From Callorhinchus milii (lineage: Eukaryota), in contig NW_024704742.1 of NCBI RefSeq assembly GCF_018977255.1, positions 76,076,001 to 76,140,000 of the forward strand: a stretch of DNA of 64,000 nucleotides. Direction: 5' to 3'. The notes beneath the pieces are model-generated. The model had not been told where the DNA came from. It did not search any database and saw only the letters and a program-made list of their open reading frames with translations. Positions 1 to 13,900 of the stretch are shown piece by piece; position 1 is the first letter of the stretch; each line of letters opens with the position of its first letter. Position numbers and translations under genes: made by a program.

Positions 1-2201
1 AATGGCCTCCTTCTTTCTGTACATTTCTACAGTTCCATCACCAATTCACACAACCAAGTGTGATTATACTTGTGAAGGGCAATTCTAGGATAGATATTGG
101 GAAAGATTTATTTATGCCGAGGTTTAATCATCAGCTAGTTGAGGTCACCCAGGAAAGGTTATACAGCATCGGACCACTGGACGCGTTCAACAAACAACTC
201 AATGTTATGATGGGAAGATTAGTTGGATTTGTATTGAGGGCGGATAAGATTGAATGGGGTGAAATTGATATTCCTGACCAATAACACAATTGAGTTTTTC
301 AAACACTCTGAGATGTTATTTCCATGAAGAGGGATCCTAAACTAATAATGTTAACTCCTTGAGATACAAAAAGCAGCTGAAAAGGCATTGTAAAAAAGGA
401 AATAAAAAACAAAAGAAAAACTTGAGAAAGAAAATCAACATCCACAACTATAAATCTTTGTATAAACTCTTAAAGGGCTGTATCCCAGTGAGAGGAAACC
501 TGTTCCCAATTCCTGCTCTACTTCAATCGAGGAGCTTCTGCCTGACCAAGACACCCAGACCATGACTGGGAGAGATGTGTGGTTAAAGAGACAGTCCCTC
601 TGTATTTTCTCAAGCTGAAATAATGCTCTTCGGAAACCTTCACGTCCACCCCCACCCCCCATTTCCATCTTGTTATCCAATTTTTGTTACAATTTTAGAT
701 CAAAGCACTTTACATTAAAAGACGTCAGTTAAAAGCAGCCTTTTTGAATGAGAAATCAGAGGGAGATACCAGGTGTGGATGAAAAGGCAAGCCCAAAGGT
801 TAGAGAAGGCACTTTGGATGAAACAGCAGGCACCGACAAAACAGCAGCTACTAACAGAAGGGAGTTGTAGGATTAGCCTGATATAGCCTGGAATTGAAGC
901 TGAATTGGCATCATGCTGGAATTACAAAGGGTGCATAATCAGACTCGCAGATACCACGGTCAGATATAATGGGGTAAAAACAAAATATGATGATTATGGT
1001 GCAAATGGAATAAACAGCATTGTTAACATTAAAGTCATCGAAAACTACAGCATTTGTTACATCTCTCCAGTAAATGGAATTAAAGTGCATTATTGTGTCT
1101 TAATCACACTGAGATGTCTTAAAACACTTTATAGTAATGATAGCTACGTATAGTGACCTTTTTTGTAAGCAGCAGCCACTTGACTCTGATTCTCACACCT
1201 CAGAAGATGTATCAGATGTTCTATGGTCTGTGAGTCATTAAATGGGACATAGAACCATTGGGGTCCATGTGACTTAGAACAAAGTAAAATATATCTTCTA
1301 CCACTTTATATCTCATACCTTCATTTAACTTCATCAAATACCTGCCTAATTCCCTCTTGAATTTTCTGACCCAATTGTCCACTCTCATCCGTCTGGTAAC
1401 TTTTAGCCAGATATTCACCATTCTTTCTGTAAAGTACACATCCCTCTTCTGAGCTTAGGTCTGTGACCCTATGATCTAGTTTCTCTGCTCACATTAAACA
1501 GTCATAGAGTTCAAGATAACTGTTCCATTTTGCACCTTGAATACAAGAAGATAATAATAACAATAATAATAAATAATAATGCTTATTTTATTTTCAGTGA
1601 GTACTGTGAGGAGGATTGATTCCATCATATTCAGAAAGCTTATTGTGAGCGGACAAGGAGGGAGTCAAAAAGTCCTCTACAAAAACTCCAATAGTGTAAT
1701 AATGTAACTAAGTATTTAGAGGCTAAGTGCTCTGAGACACTACTCTGCGTGGAGGACGCTACATAAGTGCAAGTTGTTGTAGAGGTTGACTGAATGAGTT
1801 AGAAAGTGCTGCTGATGATTACATTGCTGTTTCCTATTAACAGGTGCAGTATAAAGAGCTCACACAGAGCCTTGATTCTGTTAAACAACTGATCCACTTT
1901 GCACTTTCCTAACACAGCAAATTGTCACATCCATAAACATCGCCTTCTCAGGCAAACACCCACCGAGAACACCAGAGAGGAATGAACATTTGAACAAATC
2001 CAGGTAAACCTTAGTGAAGTACAGTGATCACGTACAGCTATTGAAAGGTGGCATTGATCTGTATCTAATCAAGGACAACGCCTCAGAGTTGCAGCAGGGA
2101 AGTGTAACCCACACAGTCCACTACTAGGACAATAAACTGAATTCCCTAAATCCAACACCAATAAATCATAGTTCCTTACATACAAATAATTATTTACATA
2201 C

Positions 2202-2274
2202 CCTCCATCTCCGATTCATCGCAAACGTGCTTGAGGAAGGAAGCCCCTCTGTCCAGCACTGCCTCGTCCTCCAT
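2202..2274 (-). CDS. SLC4A4: SLC4A4 (electrogenic Na+/HCO3- cotransporter NBCe1-B/C) first coding exon; remainder of gene lies left of the window
   Basis: Translates [24 protein letters not shown](G), nearly identical to the human NBCe1-B N-terminus [25 protein letters not shown]. Acceptor ctacag|G-ATG (exon starts 2275) and donor G|gtatgt at 2201. Confidence 0.95.
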
Positions 2275-4247
2275 CCTGTAGTAATAGAACAGAAAGAAGG
2301 ATTGATCACACTTTTCCTGAAGACTGCAGTTTCTCAGTCTTGGTTGGAGAAAGTCAGTGTACAAACTGTTACTCATTTTGGGTCCTTTTGTCTGCTTTCT
2401 AGATGCGGAGTATCCAATCCACCACAATCCCACATGGTCTCACAAAGCTGGAGATCCTGCCCTTGAAAGGGCTGTGCTGCTTCTTGTAAACAGCCTAATC
2501 CAGGCCAGGTTGGCTCATTTATAGCAGATTGAGTTTGATGTGCTAGGATGTGACAGGTGGACCCCCAGGACCGGATGTTGTTTGTGGGGGTGGGATGGGA
2601 GGCTGGGAGGCAGGGAGGGAGAAGAAGAAATCCCTCCTGTCAGTCAACTACTAATGTCAGAAGAATTCATCCAATCCTCCCTCTGTCAGTCTCTTTAAGT
2701 TACGTGTTTGCTGGCTACTAATATGTCATCTCAAGATTATCTCCCACTATCAGCAGCAGGATTTTCAAGCCATAGATAGTATGAAGACACAGATACAACG
2801 CGTAACAAGATAGCATAGGTCCGTGGATGCCAGGCAGAACTCAGGCTCACTCCAACGTGGTTTTGAAGCACCTGTGCAGAAATACTAGAGCGAAGCCACA
2901 AATGGTACAATGAAAAACTGAATGTTTTTCCAACAGAAAAGATATTGGGACTGTTATAAATAAAATATGTTTATGGCGTAGTGTTTGGTGTGTACGTGTG
3001 TGTAAGGGGGCAGTAACTAGATAGTACAGTAGATTACAACACCCTCCTGTCAGCTATGCGACTTGAGTTCATGCGCAGTTCAGACTGACGGGATGAAAGG
3101 CTACATGCTCTCTGTGTTCCACCCCAGTTTAGGGGTGGAAAGTCTACAACATAGTAGTGGCTATGAACTGGCACAGGTTAACATCAACTAAAAGAGGAAC
3201 GACAGTAAAAATTGTTTATAGCATTTGAATTCAAGGCTCAACTGTGTCTAGGCTAAATAACAACAAACAACAAAAAATTACATTTGTATAGCGCCTTTCG
3301 TGTCAGGAGGACGTCCCAAGGCATGGCATAAATGCCATCATGGCACAAGCTCCACTAACTCGAACAAGAAAAATGGGACACCATGACTTTGAGCAGTATG
3401 ATAAATAACTCCTCACCCAAAGTGGCCACAAAATCCCACTGCCAAGTTACTCAGTCAACCTAAATTCTGGAGCTTTATAAACACATCAGCGTGCTGGCCA
3501 TCAGAGATCATTATTTATCCAACTCAAGCAAACATAAATCTATTCAAAACATTTTTGCCTATTCAATACTTTTGATGTCAAAATGCACGATATTCTTAAA
3601 TAAACCAAAGCGTGAGTGGTCAGAGATTCCTGCTCTTTCCTTTCACTGAGCATTATTTAAACTTGACATTATTATAACTTGGGTGCTACAGAGCTTATGT
3701 TTCTAGCATAGAGTTGCTCTTAGTCAATCCATGCCAGCAGTGAATCTGGCTAGAGACACACCCTGCTCTTTGCCATTTGGGGTATTCAGCAGCTGCAACT
3801 TGAACACATATTGATTTCACTGACCTGCAGAACACACAAAGCTGCAGTCTAGAGTGGACAGCAATGCCAGTCAGGTCAATTCTCCATTCTCCACAACATA
3901 ACTATATTGTCATTGATGAATGAGAACAGGTCACAGACCTGGAAAGGTAGTCGAGCGATTTTAACATCACAATACTTGATCCAGAGAATTCTGCACTTGG
4001 CAGCGATGTGAGACTAGAGGTTGGACCAGCAGTGCTAGAACCTTTCTCTGTTACATATTGCTTTAATGACTTAACTGGCAATTGGACATTGACAATGAGA
4101 AGAAGCAAGTATAAAAAGTATAAAAAGAAAAGTGATTGGGTAGATTTTGGAAGTGTAAGGTTCAAATAAAGAAACTAGTTAATCAAAACTGTGTTTGTAC
4201 AAAGATTACATTCTCTTTACTATTACTGAATTTTAATATTAGTAACG

Positions 4248-4402
4248 AAAACAGAAGTCGCTGGGAACACTCAGCAAGTCAGGCAGCATCTATGGAGAAG
4301 CTCACTTTTCTTTCTCCATAGATGCTGCCTGACCTGCTGAGTGTTCCCATCGACTTCTGTTTTTGTTAAAGATTTCCAGCATCTGCAGTATTTTGCGTTT
4401 TC
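4248..4402. mobile_element. Palindromic (inverted-arm) repeat, probably Penelope-like derived; copies at ~28968-29215 and ~29845-30032
   Basis: Arms gctgggaacactcagcaagtcaggcagcatctatggagaa / ttctccatagatgctgcctgacctgctgagtgttccc; longer copies carry hammerhead-like cores. Confidence 0.7.
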
Positions 4403-4664
4403 TTAATATTAATACTTGCATTTGTTACAGCATCTTATCACAGAAAAACATCTCAAAGCACTTCACATAATGTTACATAAAAGGTAGTGACCGTTGATGT
4501 TGACAGAAAGCTGTCATGAGACTATCTGCTCTGCGGGGCCTTTATCCGCCCTACAACGGGCAGCCCACAAGTCTTTTTAAATGAAACCTGTACTTGGACA
4601 CTCAAGCATAAGGTCATAGTAAGCACTCGTTCCAGAGTCTTTAGTAATTCCCCACCAACTTGCT

Positions 4665-6165
4665 GGTCACCCAGCCCCCCTCCTCTGCCCACTACTGGCT
4701 GATGTCATCAATTAATCCCTCTCCTCTGGATCAGTCGCTGCCCCCCTCAAAACTGCTGTCATCACCCCACTCCTCAAAAAACCTTCCCTAGATCCCTCAA
4801 ACCTCAGCCACTACCGCCCTATTTCAAACCTGCCCTTCCTCGCAAAAGTCCTAGAACGCATTGTTGCCATTCAACTTCGCGCGCACCTCTCCTCCCACTC
4901 CCTCTTCGAACCCCTCCAGTCTGGTTTACGCCCTGCCCACAGTACAGAGACTGCGCTTGTGAAAGTCTCAAATGACATCTTCTCTATCTGTGACCAGGGA
5001 TCCCTCTGCCTCCTTGTCCTCCTGGACCTCGCCTCGTTCAAGTCCTACCTCACGAACCGCCAGGAGTACATCTGTACAAACGGCTTCTCCTCCCGCTCTC
5101 ACCCGGTTACCTGTGGGGTACCCCAAGGATCCATCCTTGGCCCCCTCCTCTTCCAAATCTATATGCTCCCTCTTGGGGATGTCATCCGCAGACATGGGGT
5201 ACGCTTCTACATGGATGCGGACAACACCCAACTCTATTTTCCACCTCTCTTTGCGACCCCCAGTCCCCTGATGTTCTGTCAGCCTGCCTGTCAGATCTCA
5301 GGAGCTGGATGAGCGCGAATTTCCTTCAGCTAAATGTTGACAAGATGGAAGCCATACTCTTTGGCTCTCGTCAACGTCTAAAATCACATGGTTCTCACCT
5401 ACTCCACCTACCCGACCTCCCCCTAAAAACCTCCGAACCCGTATGCAACCTAGGCGTCAGGTTCAACGCCCAATTATCCTTCCTCCCCCACATCCGGTCC
5501 CTCACCAGCACTGCTTTCTTCCATCTCTGACTCGTCGCCCGTCTCCGCCAATACCTCTCTCTGAAAGCCACTGAAACCCTGGTCCATGCCTTTGTCACCT
5601 CTCGGCTGGACTATTCAAATGCCCTCCTCGCCGGTCTCCCCTCCACTAACATCCATAAAATCCAGGTCATCCAGAACTCTGCCGCCCGCATTCTTTCCCA
5701 CCCCAAACTCTGCTCCCCGATTACTCCAGTCCTTGCCAGACTGCATTAGCTGCCTGTCACAGAGAAGATCCACTTCAAGATTCTCACTCTTGTCTTCAAA
5801 TCCCTCCACTCCTCTGCATCCCACCCTACCTCTCTGACCTCCTCTCTCCTCACAACAGTATACCCGTTGCCTTCACTCCACCGGGTCTGACCTCCTCGTC
5901 CCGCGAATCCTCCGCTCCACCATCGGCGGCCACGCTTTCAGCCACTACGCACCGAGGCTTTGGAACTCCCTTCCTCACTCCCTTCGCCTCACCCGCCCCC
6001 CCTTCCTATTTTCAGGTCTCAGCTGAAGGCCTTTCTTTTCGACCGCGCATTTGGTCACCTTCTTCCCCCTCCCCCTGGCTCGGCCCGGGATCTGTTGCTG
6101 TGAAGTGCTTTGAGACGCCGTCCGGCGTGGAGGGCGCTATATAAATCCAAGCTGTTGTTGTTGTA
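4665..6165 (+). mobile_element. L2-clade LINE, 5'-truncated, decayed reverse transcriptase
   Basis: RT motifs [48 protein letters not shown], with stops and frameshifts; 3' end gcgctatataaat...(tgt)n. Confidence 0.9.
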
Positions 6166-7116
6166 GCAATACTTTAGTGGATGATAACAAGTATGTGGGT
6201 GGGAAACTCCACCTACTTAAAAAGGAGCTTTTGAGCAGAAATGTGGCCTGACTCAAGCCTTTCTAATTGGAGCCACAACTCAAATCTTTCCTGTAACATT
6301 TCAGCCTTTTGATATAACACCTTATCACGTCTCAAGACATCAGAAAGTGCTTCACAGGATTTACTGTAAAGTGGATTGACTGTGTATTTTGTGGGGAAAC
6401 ACAGCAGCCAGTTTTTGCACAGCAATGTCCCACAAACAACCATAGAGTGAGTGACTATAACCCAGCCTGGGGAAAGAAGGGGTAAAGATAAAGAATTGCT
6501 GTAAAACCTGAAGCAATATAATTTGGTTACCCTCAGCTAGGGGCCAGGGCTGCCGTAAGAGGGGGGGGTGAGCTGCAGTAAGTCAGGAGGCTGGCTGCTG
6601 CAAATCGCTTCAGCACCTGTGACATGGAAGGAAAAGTTCAGGCCATGGTTGGTTTTATTCCATTTGGGTCTCTTTTCTACTCAAATGAGTGTCGCGTGAG
6701 GCTTTGTGGATGTGCTTGGTTATGCTTGGTTAAGACGATTAACCGTCCATTCGGTCAAATAACCTGCCAATGCTCACTGTCATAGATCATATGCAAATAT
6801 CATAATTTCACATATGCTTACACTGCAGACACACATACATATACAAACACACCCACACAAACTGTACAACTACTGCTTGGCACAGGAGCTCACCAGGAGC
6901 ATATGTGAGAGAGGGTATGGGGGCGAGGGGGAGCTCAGTTGGGAACATGAGGATATGGACTAAATGGGCCAAATCATCTGTTTCGGTGCTGTAGATTCTA
7001 TGTAATTGCACACAGTCCAGTATGACGCTCCAGTTTAGTACTGGGAATTGTTACATGTCAGAGGTGCTGCCATTCTGATGAGATATTAAATTGAGCTCCA
7101 TGTGTACGTGGAACAA

Positions 7117-7865
7117 AAACAACAGGATTACATTTGTATTGCGCCTTTCACATCAGGAGGACGTCCCAAAGTGCTGGACAGCGTACAGCATTTCAGACCT
7201 GAGCTGGGGTCAGGGGGGAGAAGGGAGGGGAGGGGAAGGGGAGTGGCCGATGGCATGGTCGAAGAGGAGGGTCTTGAGGCGGGACTTGAAGGAGGCTAAG
7301 GAGGGGGCGAGGGGGAGTGATTGGGGGATGGAATTCTAGAGGTTAGGGGCAGAGTGGCTGAAAGCTCTCCCGCCAATGGTGGGGCGGGTGAGTCGGGGGA
7401 CATGGAGCAGACCGGAGCCGGCTGAGCGGAGGGAGCGGGCGGGTTGGTAGGGGGTTAGGAGGTCGCAGAGGTAGGGTGGGGTGAGGCCATGGAGGGCTTT
7501 GTAGGTGAGGACCAAGATCGTGAACTGGATCCTCTGAAGGATAGGGAACCGGAGTCGGGCGAGAGTGGGGGAGATGGGGTCACGGAGTTTGGTGCGGGAG
7601 AGGACATGGGTTGCAGAGTTCTGGATTATCTGCAGCCTGTGGAGGGAGGAGTTGGGAAGGCTGACAAGCAGGGCGTTTGCATAGTCGAGCCTGGAGGTGA
7701 TGAAGGCATGAACAAGAGTTTCAGCGGCCTGAGGTTGAGGTAGTGGCAGAGTCGGGTGATGTTACAGAGTTGAGGGAAGGCAGAACGGGTCATGGCTTGG
7801 ATGTGTGGAAGAAAAGACAGTTGAGGTTGAACAAGACACCTAGGTTCCTGACTGGTTTGGTGAAA
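7117..7865 (-). mobile_element. L2 LINE 3' fragment
   Basis: Reverse-complement similarity to 5440-6165, with (aac)n tail at the left end. Confidence 0.85.
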
Positions 7866-8380
7866 TCCCAGAGATGGATTGTTGGAATGTAATACGCACT
7901 CTCTCCCTGGAGGGAAGCATCCTGCTTACCTAATTCCAGAAAGTATTAGTCGCAGGTTGGCAAAAGCCAAGGCTTGGGGACCCCAGAGTGTGCACTGGGG
8001 TACTGCTGGAGTCTAACCAGCTAAAACTACATAGTTTGCCATTGATATTGCGGTCTGGCGAGCTTTCCTGCTGCTTATCCAACTAGGCCCATACTACTAC
8101 CCTTTAGCAATTTGGCTTGCAGGGTTAACTGAAGCTGAGTGGTATGATTCCCTGCCTCTAGTGACTGATCTGCCCTTCCAGGTCCTGCCAATGAGCCAGG
8201 TTGGCTGTGCTGTCATCAGCAGTGCCCTGGAATACTGCGGCCCTACCTGGCTCAGGAACCGGACTACCAAGACCACCACAGAAGACTGGCTGGATTCTGG
8301 CATTTCGTTGCCAAGCATGTCATCTTGGAGCCAGTTCAGTTTCAAGGGGACCTTGTTTACCTCCCCCCAAGGGGGATAAA
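7866..8380 (+). mobile_element. Unclassified interspersed repeat family; copies at ~11990-12330 (-), 24480-25200 (-), 27410-27860 (+), 28500-28790 (-), 30830-31255 (+), 50410-50960 (-), 56960-57090 (+)
   Basis: Shared blocks tggaat..gcactctctccctggagggaagc, ggggtactgctggagtctaacca, gctttcctgctgctt.tcca, tgccaa.catg.ca.cttggagc. Confidence 0.8.
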
Positions 8381-10739
8381 ATTCCTAAATTCAGTCTAAA
8401 TTTGGATGCCAGTTTTTTTCCTGTGATCTTAAACAGTGCCAACTTCTAAATTAAGACTGAATTTGCAACAATTCTGTGTGATCTTAAATTGGAAGACAAA
8501 ATGGTCTTACAGGAGAAGACTAGATGGCATTTTTGGGCGTCAGATGTTTAAATATAGATTAAAAGAAGCCTGGGAGTGATTACATTTTAGTAATCTAATT
8601 GAGATGTTCAGGTATCGTCATTAATCATGAGAGCAAAGCTTCAGCGGTCTGGAGCTAACAACTCTAACCTGGCATTAGCACCATGACATGCCACCAGATT
8701 GCCCATTATTTTTAAGCAGATGTGTTTACCATTTTTGTATTGTAATGTGTCTTTTTTGCTCGTTGGGGTGGGGGGCAGTTTTGCATTGAAAGGAGCTGTC
8801 AGTGCCGACACTGTATGTCAGTGCATAACCACCGATGCGTGACATTCACACTGAAACATTAATGACCGTGATATCATTACTGGATGTTCCCCATGAAATA
8901 ATCCTCAGTCACATGCTGTGGAATAATCACAAATTCAAAAGTCACCAAACAGAAAGAGCTACCGAAGCTCATGCCTTCTGTTCTTGCCCATACTCCACAA
9001 AGTATTCAGTTTCCTTTTGAATGGCCTTAATGTTTTTGCCTCTACCACATCACCTGGTAAATCTTTCCATACAGATATCACTGTGTCACCGCTATCACTC
9101 AATGCTCGTGAATGCTGGTAAATATAATGTAACAACGTGTGCTAGATGAGCTCATCAACAAAATGCACCACAGAGCATCGCTCGCTTTGGGTAAAAGCCT
9201 TCTTCTTTCTTAATATCTCTTAAAACTGTCTGGCTCACTGGTCTTTTTTCTGACTTATGCTGGTTTCCAGAATTTGCACTTTATCATTTGCGAGATCAGC
9301 AATCCGATATTTGCGATCTGGAAATTACAACTAATGCATCAGATCCATTTTGGGAATATCGTTTATTAGATCTCATCAAGTTTATGTCCCTTTACCTAAT
9401 TTCTTGCTTTAATTTCAAATAATATTCTGAGTTTTATCCTAACTATACCACTCATATTATACTCTTATTGCAAAAGGTATTAAGGGATATGAGGATAAGG
9501 CAGGGTTAGGTTATTAGCTGGAGTTAGATTAGAAGATCAGCCATGATTGAATGGCGAGGCAGGCTCGAAGGGCCGAATGGCCTACTCCTGCTCCTACATG
9601 TTATGTTATCTTATATCTTCTAGCTATCTTCGATATACTAATAAAACAATGATGTCTGTCTGCGCTTCAAGAAGGATCTCAATAACCGATTGACGTAGAG
9701 ACATGATTTATAACTCAATGGAAAGTTCTTGCATCTGAGAGTGACATGGGCAGATTTGCTTTTGGGGATCTCCTATTTTTCATGAGTTATTTACAGTTTT
9801 TCATTGCAGTTACACCTGGTGGCCACAGAATCAAAGTGGCGCGGCAGCATCATGCGTCACAGAGCACCTGCGTATGTACACACACACTGCAGTTACACCT
9901 GGTAGCTGCGCCTGCTGACGTGGCACTGTGGCATCCTACGTCACAGAGCACACATGCAGCCAAGTGGCAGGAACAAAATAAAGAACCCAGACGAAGCTAA
10001 GCCACGGCAACAACAACAAAGTTACATCTTTGAAGCGCTGAGTCCTCCCACTGAGTCCTCCCAAAAGGAGTCCTCCCATTGGAGTTCTCCCAGATGAGTA
10101 TAGATAAAGATGAAATGTCTGTCTGTGTGTGAATCTACATTCAATATTGGATCCTTTAGCTGCAAGCGAAGCCTGCAATGGGTGCAGCTAGTATATAATA
10201 TACACATGACAAACCCATTATAACATGCCTAGTAGAGTGGATTCTGCTGTTTGTTAACAGTAGCTATCTGTGGACCCGAGCTAACCAGAAGCATTTGCTT
10301 CCAGCATTTACGTCTGGGACAAGATCCTTGGACCAAATGTACTGCCCACTGCCCCATCAACTGAGATTAGATACCCCAGAGCAGGGTCTCCAATCTTTTG
10401 ACTGCTGAGGGCCGGATGCCCTATTTGAGAAACGTCCGCAGGTCGCAAAAGCAATATTTTTCACTGTTTCACTGCCAGAAGCATAACATTTTCGGGTTAT
10501 GGGAGGGAGCAGATAGGCCGGATGAAATGGAGGTGGGGTGTGGGCGACGGATTAAATCTGCCCTAGAGAATAAGGCCTGAGTCAGGATTTCACATTACCT
10601 ACTACATTTAGAAGCCTAGAGTTTGGAGACCTGAGATGACCTGACCTGAGAAAACTGAGATTTTTAAAGGCTGACCCATTTAATATTTAGCCTTCAATGA
10701 AATAGTATACAGTTCATTATTAGTGTAAAAGTGCTTTAG

Positions 10740-10990
10740 GTGAGAAGTTAAACCAAGATTTTTCACACAGCGACCTATTCAAATCTGGAATGCATTGCCT
10801 GAAAGGGTATTGAAGCAGATTCGATAACAACTTTCAAGAGAGAAGTGGATAGATATTTGGGGAGGACAAATTTGCAGGGCTATGGGGAGAGAACGGGGGA
10901 GTGGGATTAATATGGACAGCTCTTTCAAAGAGCCGGCATGTGCATGATGGGCTGAATGGCTTCAGTGTTGTATAATTCTATGATTCTGTG
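10740..10990 (+). mobile_element. CR1-type LINE 3' end (similar pieces at ~60-280, ~1240-1540, ~9480-9610, ~22350-22440, ~38325-38700, ~59140-59500, ~62910-63040)
   Basis: Typical CR1 3' features: tttttcacacag..tggaatgcattgcc, ttcaagagagaa.tggatagata, gggctgaatggc, and a short tandem tail (attctatg). Confidence 0.7.
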
Positions 10991-13900
10991 ATAAGATCTC
11001 GTCTGCCTGTCCAGATAGATGTTAAAGATCTCATGACACTATTCGAAAAGAGAAGGGAGTTTCTCCCGGTGTGCTGGCACCAAATCCTCCAATCCTTACT
11101 TACTCCATGACTGTTGTGTCCAAAATTGGCTGCCACATTCACCCACAAAAAACATACAGTCACCCCACTTTGCATTGTATCCTGTGAAGTGCTTTGCAAT
11201 GTCTCAACCACATGAATAGGTGCTACACCAAATGCAAGGATTACTATTATTATTAAAGAGACACAAATTGTCACCATATTCTCAAAGACGCAAGCATTGT
11301 ATCGCTTCACTCCCTGGTGTGAAATAATATTGAACAACATACCTAAATAATAGAGAAAACATTCACAACAAGATTCAACAATGCTAAGCGGTGTTATCAA
11401 ACATTTCTTACTGGTACTCCTTTCTAATAAACTCACAGGGGTTGTTGTGATGTGTATCCACTTACCAGAGAGTCTCTATTTCCCAACTCAGATTCCTTAT
11501 TGAGGAATCCTGTTAACAAATACTACAAATTAAACCCTGTCATCTCCATTTACTTTTAATTTTCACTTATTAAATGTGCTCTTTTGATTATCTCACTATT
11601 GTGAAGGTGTGACAACCTAGTGTCAGTCTAGCTCAGTTGGTAGCACTCCCTGATTCAGTAGGTTGTGGGTTCAAATCCCACTTCTGGGGGAGGGGCGGTG
11701 CCCTACATTGTCAGAGGTGCCATTATTCAGATGAAATGCTAAACTAAGGTCCTGTCTGTCTGATCAGACGGAAGTCAAAGATCCGGTGGCATTATCTGGT
11801 GGAGTCTCTCCTAGTGTTCTGGTGAATAATATCTAAGTTAAAAGGTGGCCATTCAGTTCAGAGTTGCTTGCTGTCTGCAGATTGGCTGCTGTGGTTTCCT
11901 ACAATTACACAATTTACAGAAAAACTCTGAAGTGTATAGGCGCCATATCAAATGCAACGATTATTATCAACTAGTAATAATCCATCAAAGAACATCAGTG
12001 AAATCCTATACTTATAAGTGAGCCAATTCCTGAGCCAGGCAGATCTGCACTCCTCCAGCGCACTTGCGATGACAGACCAGCCAGCCTGGCTCATCAGCAG
12101 AACTTGGAGGGGCAGACCAATTGGTCACTAGGATAGGGATTCTTCCCACTCAGCTCCTATTAACTCTGAAGCCATAGGCCTAATGGGTATGATGGTACAA
12201 GGTGGACAAGCAGCGGGAAAGCTTGACAGACAGTGGTAATGGGCAAACTAAGCAGTTTTTACCTGGTTAAACTTCAGCAGTAACTCAACACATGCTCTTG
12301 ATTTCCCAGGCCTTGGCTCTTGCCAAAACTGAAATTCAAAAAGTTTTCCACTGGTTCATCCATGAATATTTGAATGCTCATAAAAACCAAGTCGTCCTGC
12401 TGGCTGTTTGCAACAGAAAACCCCCATATCCACACACGGAGAACCGTTGTTCTTCTGAGAAACACTTTGATTAATAGATCAGTTCTCGAAACAGTGTACT
12501 ATAATACTCTATTTGTGTATCTGGACAGGTAGATACTATTAACACAGAGTCCTCTAGCAGAAAATTTATTAAGTGCAGTAAAAGAAAAGTAGCCTGCAAA
12601 CATATGAAAGTTAAACAAGTGTTTGGATTGCAACACCACAAACTGAATTCTAGAGGTCTGCCTGAGGTAGAAGTAAGGTTTGCTGTTAATGTTTCAAATT
12701 GTGCATCCAGTGGGGTTACTTTTTGATTTGTTTTTAGCAGTAATTGATTTTCTTTGGAAGATTAGGTTTATAAATAATCCTTGCGCACTATGTTTAGACT
12801 GATTAAAGTAAATGTTTTCCATTTAGAATATCTAAAACTACTTTCCAAATTCTTCCTATTGTTTGTTTTATCCGCTTCCTTCTCATCCTGTGACAAATTT
12901 CATACAATTTCTAAAAAAAAGGATACATGTCTGAAAAGCTTCCTACTGCTTGTCCAACGAGGACCACCCTACCCATTTGGGCTTTGGCTTGTAGGGTTAA
13001 CAGAAGCCAAGTGGGAATAATAATAATCCTTTAAACTCACATATCTAATGCAGTGGTTGGGGTGTGCTACATTGTTGGAGGTGCTGTCCTTCACATGAGA
13101 CATTAAACCGAGGTTCTATCTCCCATTCAGTTGGACATTAAAGATCCCATGGGATTATTCAAAAAGAGAACTGAGTTTCTCCCAGTGTCTTGGCCCAAAT
13201 CCCCCAGATAAAATTGGGCATTCACTTCCTGGTTGTTTGTGGCACATTGTTGTGCATAAACTGGCTGTCCTGTTTGCAAACCAAACACACAATCATTACA
13301 CTTTACTGTAACTCCTGTGAACTGCTTTGAGATGTCCTCGAAATGTAAAATGCACTAAATAAAATGCAAGGATTATTATTTTAATCATTACGCAAGCCTT
13401 GATTGTGAACATTGGTAAAGGAAGCATTTTTCACACTGTGTAGAGCAATGACAGCCACACCCGATCCTTGCCCTAACCCAAACTCCACAAACATTCCTCT
13501 CGCAGGGACCTCTAGACTGTGATGAAGAGTGGGAACCCTGGTTGTTATTACTCTCTGTGAACCCAGCAGAACTGAAGACAATTGCAGTGGTCTATACTGC
13601 TGTCTCAGCTGAGATCAGCTAGCTCAACACAGGCTGGGGATTGAACCCATGCTCATTAGATAAACTGGCCATGCCAAGGGGAGAGCCCTTTTATTTAAAT
13701 TCTTAAGATGGATTTTTAAAAAATTTTCCTCATTAAAGGAACATAGGAATTGCTAGACGAAAAAAGACCAAGGTCAATCTAGTTCACCTTCTACCATCCT
13801 AGTAATAATAAGAATCCTTGCATTTGATATAGCGCTTTTCACATCTTTTAGAATGTCTCAAAGCGCTTCACAGAATGACTGTAAAGTGAATTGACTGTAT

